Origin: Guillardia theta CCMP2712
Lineage: Eukaryota; Protista; Cryptophyta
Length of the DNA stretch: 64,000 nt
Direction of reading: 5' to 3'
Assembly (NCBI RefSeq): GCF_000315625.1
Contig: NW_005434654.1
Location: 128,273 to 192,272, forward strand
The position numbers were made by a program, and so were the translations under genes. Positions 55,259 to 64,000 of the stretch are shown here, one piece after another. The notes beneath the pieces are model-generated. The model saw only the letters and a program-made list of their open reading frames with translations, searched no databases and had not been told where the DNA came from. How positions within the stretch are numbered: position 1 is the first letter of the stretch; the number at the start of each line of letters is the position of its first letter.

Positions 55259-56640
55259 ATGGCAGAACGGCTAGCAAGCCTTGATCATCGAGGGAGGCGA
55301 AGAGCTCGTGATTGAGGAGGAAGGGAGTTCGACAAGACACCTGTGTCCCTACGAATTCCGGTTCAAGTGATGTGCTTGGTGTCTGAGATGCATTGAAGAA
55401 GTGCGGGACTTATTCTCCCGTTGGGTTGAGGGGGCAATGAGTTCAATGGTTGGACCTTCAGCTACAGGTGAGAAGCAGATCAAGTATACAAGACTAAATG
55501 TCGCTCCACCACAAGCAAACCGAAACGAAGCCGATCAACCCCTAAGCAGCAAGTTTCTCCAGAATATTCAGATTATAACACGAGGAGTAGCATACTGCCT
55601 CTCGGGCCATGTTTGCACGATTGGCGCAGCAACAGTTGTGGCGATCTTCATCTGTTCAAGAGCATTCCTCAACATTCGCTTTACAACGTCGCTAGAAGTG
55701 GTGGCCTATGGTACAGTTTTCCCTCTCACTTTCGGGATTCAGGTTGCTTTCGACAACCGCGAGCGCGCTCTCGACGGCCTTGCGTGTATCAAGTCAATGA
55801 TCGCGAGCATATTCTTCCTCCTCAAGTCATGGGAGGTCGGCAAAGGGGGCAAGATACAGAGAGCTTTTACTCCCTACTTCAATGAGCTTGTCGAGAACAT
55901 GCAGAAGTACTGCATAAGAGAGCAAGTGCGGCATTCCGACGGTCAAGAGTCAGCGGATCATCTGGTCTACGACACGTTTGCTAAGATTGCGGCAGAGATT
56001 GAGCTGCAAAGCTCTACTCTGGGCTATGAGTCTGGGACAAAAGGAGGTCAGATGGGCAAGGGCAGGGCGTGGGAATGCCTGAAACGAATGATCTGCGCAT
56101 GGGAGGATGTGAAGATGGCCCGTTGCTACATCAGTCCTCGTGGTCTGCGCTGCTTCTGCTTCTTCACCATTCATGTGGCGCCCATCGTCCTTGCCCCTTA
56201 CTGGTTGGATTTTTGCAAGTCGGAGCAAGGGGCAGAAACTCTGGATCCTCTCTATGGATGTTACTCGGCCTACTTCCTTGGGATTACCTTTTCTGTAATT
56301 CTCATCACCCTGCACCGAATCCGGGATGCACTGGACTCACCATTCACAACGACAGACTTCGATCAGGTTGAGAGAGGTGATGGAGGTCGTTCTACTTATT
56401 CCTTGCTCCAGATCAAGTGGCAGTTCTGGAAAGAGCAGATGACGCAACTGAATTCTTTTGGCCCCAATGTGAGCTCAGCCGTTTGCTTGCGTTCGTTCGC
56501 TTGACGATTGATTCACATAGGGGCCAGAGCTGAGAGAAAGCTTAGGTTACGGAGTCGGGTGCCATGGTGAGATGGCTGAACGGGGATGCTACTGAGCCAG
56601 TCAAAATCAATCAAGTTGGCGCATCCAAGAGCAGCGGATT
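55259..56640 (+). CDS. Bestrophin/UPF0187-like membrane protein (3' end approximate)
   Basis: Four hydrophobic segments, plus VFPLTFGIQVAFDNRERAL, SPRGLRCF and ITLHRIRDALDSPF. Confidence 0.65.
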
Positions 56641-57880
56641 GATTGCATTGGATATGCTCTCAGCTTTGCCTTGTAACATCATTTTTGTACATCCCTTTGA
56701 TGAATTTGGAATTTGAGTCCCTACGCGGATGTGTATGATTTGTTCGCCTTGACAGGAGTAGTGAGATTCTGGAGTCTCTCCATGTGCTGCTTCTAGCAAA
56801 CTGAGGCGTCTGAAACTTTCCATGTTCTCTGCCCACCGTGACCCAGCAGCCGAGAAAGTGAGCTGACTGTACCAGAATGCTTCGATCTCATTCCAAGCCT
56901 ACGGAACTGAAACTCTCTACTGAACAGATTCTTTGACTCTGCGCGTTGTATGTGATGAACACGAGAAGGGAAGGGAGGATGAACAGAGCAGAACAGTGGA
57001 GGAAGAAGCTATAGCTCGTTCTCATGCTCCTTTGTCACCAGGGTGAAGAAGGCTCAGGCTGAGCGAGACGATGCGACATGGGGAATCGAGCGGCTGGTCC
57101 AAAACAAAGTGTGTGTCGCAGACAAGCAGTCCGAAGACTTCATCCTTTTGGTTTTGTTTTATCCTGGAACGGAACCAAACAAACGAACGTCCATGAGTTG
57201 ATCAAGCACAGTAGTATAGCAGGAGATGAAAAACAACATGAAGCTGTGAAAACATAATTCATAGTTCAGCATAACACGATGCAAGGACAATAAAAACAGA
57301 GTATACGCGTGGACTCCTGGGAGCAGAGACCGTGGAGAACAGAGGGAGCACAGCACGAGACCACCTCGCAAACGAGAGTCTGGACGTATGAGTCGCGGGA
57401 GTTCGTGGTCCTTTACAGGCATGGAGTGGTCTTGTCAGTTCTTATGGACCCTCCACGCGGCAGGCAGTCCTGGCATCGCAAAGGAGGACACGGTGGTAAA
57501 GAGAGGACTATGCACATCTATTGTCTAGTGCATGAAGATACAGTCTCAGTCTCCATGACTGATCGCAAGCCATGTGTCGGTGTCAGATCAAGGAGGCAAC
57601 GAAGAGTATGTGCGAGTAGAGTCAGAGGGTCGGGGTGTAGTCATGCTTCATGCAATACCAAGGGAATAAAAGACACAATTCGCCTCTCATGGTCACGGGT
57701 GGCACCCCTGGACTCAACTCATGTCAACCTCCCCGCGTCTTCAAAAGCTGAGCAAACAGGCAGCGTGCACCTGTGCCATCTTGTCGCATATGCCGAGGAT
57801 CGGCCGCCCCGGAAACCGCTCTCGACTAGCTGCTACATCAGACAGAGGCTGGCGTCAGCCCATACCGTGCTGTCCTCCAT

Positions 57881-59080
57881 TCAAGCTTGCACTCGCAGGT
57901 CAACGACCACTATTGTGATGTTGTCTTCGCGTCGATCAATGAGCTTCTGCAACTCTTCTGCCGGATCCTCTTCTTCCGTCAGGGTGTCGAGACGCCGTGC
58001 CACAGCTTCGTTTGTCACGGTTGCCCATAATCCATCGCTGGCAATCACCAGAAACTTGTGCTGCTTCGTGAGCAAGAGCTCCTTTATCTCAGGGTCTGGT
58101 ATGATGCAATCATCTATGGGAATCCAAGTGTCTGTACCGAAATGGCGGTATTGCTTGAGACTTTTGTCGCCTATACATCGAGACATTGCAAGCGATCTGA
58201 TTCGGTTGATGGACCTTCCGTTGATTTCATAGCTTTCAATGCGCTTGTTGTTGGCTTCGATGCGCTTCCGTTCCTCGGGCACAGTCGGGTCGTGATCAGT
58301 GCTCATCGGCATGGGCTCTCCCTCACCGCAGATGATCGCCCGGCAGTCTCCAGCATTCGCCACGAAGAGACGATCTCCATCGATCACTGCCAGGATTGCT
58401 GAGCTGCCATCGTCCCAAGACTGTGCTAGCGCTCTCTTCTCGGCCTCAAGGAAGCTGCTGGTCAGGCTGGCCCCCAATGCGCTGTCTTGAGGGCCCGACC
58501 TCTGCATGATCTGGTCCCTCAGTATCCCTACGATCTCTGTGCTCAGCAGCTTGGCAGCGCGATCACCAGCATGTCCGTCGAAAACCCCGAACACGTGTTT
58601 GTCTTTGTGGAAGCTAAGCTGCGCCACATGCGTATCCTCCATGCGAGGCCTGTCGCCTTGAGCTTCATAAATCCAAAAGCGAGGCAGTGGCCTGCCTTTG
58701 CCTGAGTCACTGCAGGCTTTCTTAGAGACGCTTCTTGTCCTCGTCTTTTTTTTCTTCTTAGGAAGCAACTTTGTGACTTCTGAGGTCTTTGAGTTTCTTA
58801 TGTGCATCTTGACGCCTTTGAGTTGGACAGGAGCAGCAAAGTACAAGAGGCTCGCTGCATAGGCAACAAGTGCGTGCGCGACAGAGAGAGCATCGTGAAC
58901 CATGTAGCCTAGTTGTGCCGCGCTGCCGCTGATCCTGGTAGGATTTGCCGCGGAGAGGAAAATCAGACGACTGTGAGATGAGTAAAACTTCGGGGGATGA
59001 GGGGCAAGCCCAGTCTCCGGTGAAGTTGACCGAGGATTGCTTGTCTCCTTCAACTTGATGCTTGTGCTTGTCCCTTGCAT
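57881..59080 (-). CDS. PP2C/PPM-family Ser/Thr protein phosphatase, copy 1 (5' structure may include short introns)
   Basis: QGDRPRMEDTH, FGVFDGHAG, DGSSA, VANAGDCRA, STDHDP, LAMSRCIGD, IASDGLW and DNITIVVV. Confidence 0.9.
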   Translation of the reverse strand: MQGTSTSIKLKETSNPRSTSPETGLAPHPPKFYSSHSRLIFLSAANPTRISGSAAQLGYMVHDALSVAHALVAYAASLLYFAAPVQLKGVKMHIRNSKTSEVTKLLPKKKKKTRTRSVSKKACSDSGKGRPLPRFWIYEAQGDRPRMEDTHVAQLSFHKDKHVFGVFDGHAGDRAAKLLSTEIVGILRDQIMQRSGPQDSALGASLTSSFLEAEKRALAQSWDDGSSAILAVIDGDRLFVANAGDCRAIICGEGEPMPMSTDHDPTVPEERKRIEANNKRIESYEINGRSINRIRSLAMSRCIGDKSLKQYRHFGTDTWIPIDDCIIPDPEIKELLLTKQHKFLVIASDGLWATVTNEAVARRLDTLTEEEDPAEELQKLIDRREDNITIVVVDLRVQA

Positions 59081-59718
59081 TCCCGAGCTGCTTCACTTCC
59101 TCAATGCTTGTTTCCCAAGCTGCTCTTCGATTTTAGTCACTCTCTGTGAAGCACAATGCTGTCCCTCTTTTGATGGACAATGATCAGGACAAGATAAACT
59201 ATGACCAACTTAGCCAAAACACAAACGCTAGGAAGCTTACCAATGAGCAACACACGAGAATTCAATGGACTACCTGATGCTCCATTCCCATGGCATGCGA
59301 TGTCATCTCCAATCATTTACTGACCCATGCTATTAAAAAATGTCAGCAAATCTAGCCATGTATGGCCCGTTGTGATAATATCTTTCGACGAACCCAGAAA
59401 ATATTCAAGAACGTTACCATGGAATCCTTCGACCAACTGCTTGCATGACCCTACAGGAAACATCGTAATTGAAAAAACATGCGCAGTTTATCCGATGATG
59501 AGTCTCAATGAAGAAAGCTAACACGAATGATCTGAGCTGTTTGCCAAACGTCGCTTCTTCTGTTTGCTCCGGTTTGCTTTTCTTTATATGATATCGTCCT
59601 CAAGCCCCCATGAAAGAAACGAGAGATAGCGCATTGGACATGCTCGTGCGGAAGCGGGGCATGACGTACTAGCAACGCGCTGACCAAATCTTCTTTACGT
59701 GTCTTGCAGCACAGTGGG

Positions 59719-59871
59719 ATGAATCGGGTCATGCAACGATGCTGCGCCCATCCCGTGGAGACTCGCAAGGGATGTAAAGCGTTTACACGTGGACTCCTGG
59801 GAGCAGAGACCGTGGAGAACACAGGGAGCACAGCACGAGACCACCTCGCAAACGAGAGTCTGGACGTATGA
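59719..59871 (+). pseudogene. Truncated 5' copy of the DUF202 gene
   Basis: MNRVMQRCCAHP...ENTGSTARDHLANE-SLDV*. Matches 63533-63672 up to the breakpoint. Confidence 0.8.
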
Positions 59872-60216
59872 GTCGCGGGAGTTCGTGGTCCTTTACAGGC
59901 ATGGAGTGGTCTTGTCAGTTCTTATGGACCCTCCACGCGGCAGGCAGTCCTGGCATCGCAAAGGAGGACACGGTGGTAAAGAGAGGACTTTGCACATCTA
60001 TTGTCTAGTGCATGAAGATACAGTCTCAGTCTCCATGACTGATCGCAAGCCATGTGTCGGTGTCAGATCAAGGAGGCAACGAAGAGTATGTGCGTGTAGA
60101 GTCAGAGGGTCGGGGTGTAGTCATGCTTCATGCAATACCAAGGGAATAAGACACAACTCGCCTCTCATGGTCACGGGTGGCACCCCTGGACTCAACTCAT
60201 GTCAACCTCCCCGCGT

Positions 60217-61416
60217 CTAAGCTTGCACTCGCAGGTCAACGACCACTATTGTGATGTTGTCTTCGCGTCGATCAATGAGCTTCTGCAACTCTTCTGCCGG
60301 ATCCTCTTCTTCCGTCAGGGTGTCGAGACGCCGTGCCACAGCTTCGTTTGTCACGGTTGCCCATAATCCATCGCTGGCAATCACCAGAAACTTGTGCTGC
60401 TTCGTGAGCAAGAGCTCCTTTATCTCAGGGTCTGGTATGATGCAATCATCTATGGGAATCCAAGTGTCTGTACCGAAATGGCGGTATTGCTTGAGACTTT
60501 TGTCGCCTATACATCGAGACATTGCAAGCGATCTGATTCGGTTGATGGACCTTCCGTTGATTTCATAGCTTTCAATGCGCTTGTTGTTGGCTTCGATGCG
60601 CTTCCGTTCCTCGGGCACAGTCGGGTCGTGATCAGTGCTCATCGGCATGGGCTCTCCCTCACCGCAGATGATCGCCCGGCAGTCTCCAGCATTCGCCACG
60701 AAGAGACGATCTCCATCGATCACTGCCAGGATTGCTGAGCTGCCATCGTCCCAAGGCTGTGCTAGCGCTCTCTTCTCGGCCTCAAGGAAGCTGCTGGTCA
60801 GGCTGGCCCCCAATGCGCTGTCTTGAGGGCCCGACCTCTGCATGATCTGGTCCCTCAGTATCCCTACGATCTCTGTGCTCAGCAGCTTGGCAGCGCGATC
60901 ACCAGCATGTCCGTCGAAAACCCCGAACACGTGTTTGTCTTTGTGGAAGCTAAGCTGCGCCACATGCGTATCCTCCATGCGAGGCCTGTCGCCTTGAGCT
61001 TCATAAATCCAAAAGCGAGGCAGTGGCCTGCCTTTGCCTGAGTCACTGCAGGCTTTCTTAGAGACGCTTCTTGTCCTCGTCTTTTTTTTCTTCTTAGGAA
61101 GCAACTTTGTGACTTCTGAGGTCTTTGAGTTTCTTATGTGCATCTTGACGCCTTTGAGTTGGACAGGAGCAGCAAAGTACAAGAGGCTCGCTGCATAGGC
61201 AACAAGTGCGTGCGCGACAGAGAGAGCATCGTGAACCATGTAGCCTAGTTGTGCCGCGCTGCCGCTGATCCTGGTAGGATTTGCCGCGGAGAGGAAAATC
61301 AGACGACTGTGAGATGAGTAAAACTTCGGGGGATGAGGGGCAAGCCCAGTCTCCGGTGAAGTTGACCGAGGATTGCTTGTCTCCTTCAACTTGATGCTTG
61401 TGCTTGTCCCTTGCAT
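60217..61416 (-). CDS. PP2C/PPM-family phosphatase, copy 2
   Basis: Same as copy 1 except S to P (QSW/QPW) and a TAG stop. Confidence 0.9.
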   Translation of the reverse strand: MQGTSTSIKLKETSNPRSTSPETGLAPHPPKFYSSHSRLIFLSAANPTRISGSAAQLGYMVHDALSVAHALVAYAASLLYFAAPVQLKGVKMHIRNSKTSEVTKLLPKKKKKTRTRSVSKKACSDSGKGRPLPRFWIYEAQGDRPRMEDTHVAQLSFHKDKHVFGVFDGHAGDRAAKLLSTEIVGILRDQIMQRSGPQDSALGASLTSSFLEAEKRALAQPWDDGSSAILAVIDGDRLFVANAGDCRAIICGEGEPMPMSTDHDPTVPEERKRIEANNKRIESYEINGRSINRIRSLAMSRCIGDKSLKQYRHFGTDTWIPIDDCIIPDPEIKELLLTKQHKFLVIASDGLWATVTNEAVARRLDTLTEEEDPAEELQKLIDRREDNITIVVVDLRVQA

Positions 61417-62006
61417 TCCCGAGCTGCTTCATACTGAAGCACAATGCTGTCCCTCTTTTGATGGACAATGATCAGGACAAGATAAACTATGACCAACTTA
61501 GCCAAAACACAAACGCTAGGAAGCTTACCAATGAGCAACACACGAGAATTCAATGGACTACCTGATGCTCCATTCCCATGGCATGCGATGTCATCTCCAA
61601 TCATTTACTGACCCATGCTATTAAAAAATGTCAGCAAATCTAGCCATGTATGGCCCGTTGTGATAATATCTTTCGACGAACCCAGAAAATATTCAAGAAC
61701 GTTACCATGGAATCCTTCGACCAACTGCTTGCATGACCCTACAGGAAACATCGTAATTGAAAAAACATGCGCAGTTTATCCGATGATGAGTCTCAATGAA
61801 GAAAGCTAACACGAATGATCTGAGCTGTTTGCCAAACGTCGCTTCTTCTGTTTGCTCCGGTTTGCTTTTCTTTATATGATATCGTCCTCAAGCCCCCATG
61901 AAAGAAACGAGAGATAGCGCATTGGACATGCTCGTGCGGAAGCGGGGCATGACGTACTAGCAACGCGCTGACCAAATCTTCTTTACGTGTCTTGCAGCAC
62001 AGTGGG

Positions 62007-62159
62007 ATGAATCGGGTCATGCAACGATGCTGCGCCCATCCCGTGGAGACTCGCAAGGGATGTAAAGCGTTTACACGTGGACTCCTGGGAGCAGAGACCG
62101 TGGAGAACACAGGGAGCACAGCACGAGACCACCTCGCAAACGAGAGTCTGGACGTATGA
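62007..62159 (+). pseudogene. Truncated 5' copy of the DUF202 gene (next unit)
   Basis: Same as 59719-59871, offset by 2288 bp. Confidence 0.8.
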
Positions 62160-62646
62160 GTCGCGGGAGTTCGTGGTCCTTTACAGGCATGGAGTGGTCT
62201 TGTCAGTTCTTATGGACCCTCCACGCGGCAGGCAGTCCTGGCATCGCAAAGGAGGACACGGTGGTAAAGAGAGGACTTTGCACATCTATTGTCTAGTGCA
62301 TGAAGATACAGTCTCAGTCTCCATGACTGATCGCAAGCCATGTGTCGGTGTCAGATCAAGGAGGCAACGAAGAGTATGTGCGTGTAGAGTCAGAGGGTCG
62401 GGGTGTAGTCATGCTTCATGCAATACCAAGGGAATAAGACACAACTCGCCTCTCATGGTCACGGGTGGCACCCCTGGACTCAACTCATGTCAACCTCCCC
62501 GCGTCTTCACAAGCTGAGCAAACAGGCAGCGTGCACCTGTGCCATCTTGTCGCATATGCCGAGGATCGGCCGCCCCGGAAACCGCTCTCGACTAGCTGCT
62601 ACATCAGACAGAGGCTGGCGTCAGCCCATACCGTGCTGTCCTCCAT

Positions 62647-63094
62647 TCAAGCTTGCACTCGCAGGTCAACGACCACTATTGTGATGTTGTCTTCGCGTCG
62701 ATCAATGAGCTTCTGCAACTCTTCTGCCGGATCCTCTTCTTCCGTCAGGGTGTCGAGACGCCGTGCCACAGCTTCGTTTGTCACGGTTGCCCATAATCCA
62801 TCGCTGGCAATCACCAGAAACTTGTGCTGCTTCGTGAGCAAGAGCTCCTTTATCTCAGGGTCTGGTATGATGCAATCATCTATGGGAATCCAAGTGTCTG
62901 TACCGAAATGGCGGTATTGCTTGAGACTTTTGTCGCCTATACATCGAGACATTGCAAGCGATCTGATTCGGTTGATGGACCTTCCGTTGATTTCATAGCT
63001 TTCAATCTCCTCATCGTTGGCTTCGATGCGCTTCCGTTCCTCGGGCACAGTCGGGTCGCAGATGATCGCCCGGCAGTCTCCAGCATTCGCCACG
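62647..63094 (-). pseudogene. 5'-truncated PP2C copy 3
   Basis: Begins at VANAGD. Lacks the N-terminal catalytic motifs, and a 36-bp in-frame deletion removes GEGEPMPMSTDH. Confidence 0.85.
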
Positions 63095-63532
63095 ACGAGG
63101 CCCGGGCCGGGCCCGGGGGCCGGGCGCCGGCCGGGCTCAGTGCTTTTAAATCTTTCCTGCCTAGTGCCAGTTTGTCCTTGACTAAAAAAGCGTGAAAACC
63201 TGGGGTGAAGAATTCCTTTGTCGAGATGATGATGGGAAGAAGAAGATAGGAATCTGAAGCAAATTAGTAAGTCTTCACAAGGAAAAAAGCAGTGTGGACG
63301 TGACTGAAGCTATTCCATCCGTAGTTTATCCGATGATGAGTCTCAGTGAAGAAAGCTAACACGAATGATCTGAGCTGTTTGCCAAACGTCGCTTCTTTTT
63401 TATGATATCGTCCTCAAGCCCCCATGAAAGAAACGAGAGATAGCGCATTGGACATGCTCGTGCGGAAGCGGGGCATGACGTACTAGCAACGCGCTGACCA
63501 AATCTTCTTTACGTGTCTTGCAGCACAGTGGG

Positions 63533-64000
63533 ATGAATCGGGTCATGCAACGATGCTGCGCCCATCCCGTGGGGACTCGCAAGGGATGTAAAGCGTTTAC
63601 ACGTGGACTCCTGGGAGCAGAGACCGTGGAGAACACAGGGAGCACAGCACGAGACCACCTCGCAAACGAGAGGACTTTCTTGTCTTGGTGCAATACAGGT
63701 ATGACTTTCTTCGGGGCTGGTGTTGCTTTGTTCAGCTCCTTTGAGCTGTTCGACGAGAACTCGACGACGCGCACAGGAGTGATAGGGAGTAGCAGTGGAG
63801 GAATGACCCTGCGCAGCCGACTGTCAGGATCACTCAATCCTCTCTGTCCTCGGGACACTAATCACAAGCCTGCGGGAGGATGGAAAGTAGTCGAGGTAGG
63901 ACTGACACGCTGACGCACATCTTCTCCTCAGCTGCGACCTTGAAGTTTTCACTAACAGGCCGCTTCATTGCTCGTATTGAATGGGGCAATTTTTGTCTCC
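63533..64000 (+). CDS. DUF202 (YidH/VTC1-like) membrane protein, runs off the window
   Basis: ENTGSTARDHLANERTFLSWCNTGMTFFGAGVALF is the family signature RDHLANERTFLAW.RT. Confidence 0.85.

Larger units (their letters stand above)
57309..63094. repeat. Tandem segmental duplication; units 57309-59788 (2480 bp), 59789-62076 (2288 bp), 62077-63094 (truncated)
   Basis: Near-identical sequence. Unit 2 is shorter than unit 1 by 142-bp, 2-bp and net 48-bp deletions, which sum to 192 bp. Confidence 0.95.

Noticed and set aside
57881-59080. PP2C as an intronless retrogene
   Set aside because: The 5' part contains plausible short introns (for example gttcac...atgcag on the minus strand), and no poly(A) tail or target-site duplication is seen. 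The copies are explained by DNA-level tandem duplication.
1-64000. tRNA, rRNA, CRISPR arrays, telomeric repeats, intact transposase or viral hallmark genes
   Set aside because: None recognised by eye. tRNAscan-SE, Infernal and HMM searches would be needed to exclude them formally.

Overview
Eukaryotic nuclear DNA. It is gene-dense, with many short (about 40-60 nt) GT-AG introns, a bipartite plastid-targeting presequence and an LRLRGG leader motif, which suggests a cryptophyte (Guillardia theta-like; inferred, not verified). Most genes are spliced, so the ORF track shows only exon fragments. Recognisable genes: an HMG-box protein, an F-box protein, glutamine synthetase III, an IPT/TIG secreted protein, a TPR protein, quinolinate phosphoribosyltransferase (nadC), an MBS-like C2H2 zinc-finger protein, an EF-hand protein with a GGM tail, a 3.6-kaa secreted Cys-rich protein built from a near-identical 1593-bp tandem array, an LRR-IQ protein, an organellar release factor 1, a bestrophin/UPF0187-like protein, three tandem PP2C copies and a DUF202 gene. 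The most notable item is a decayed Fanzor1 (TnpB-related eukaryotic RNA-guided nuclease) at 42.5-43.9 kb. It is rearranged into a fold-back with 314-bp inverted arms, lacks RuvC-I, and has a structured candidate omegaRNA downstream. Also notable: an apparently homogenised repeat array with one diverged unit left inside it, strand-polarised ACCCC/GGGGT tracts and CCGG/TGACTCAG-rich islands in divergent intergenic regions, and a PP2C/DUF202 tandem duplication. Exon boundaries were read by eye and are approximate unless stated.
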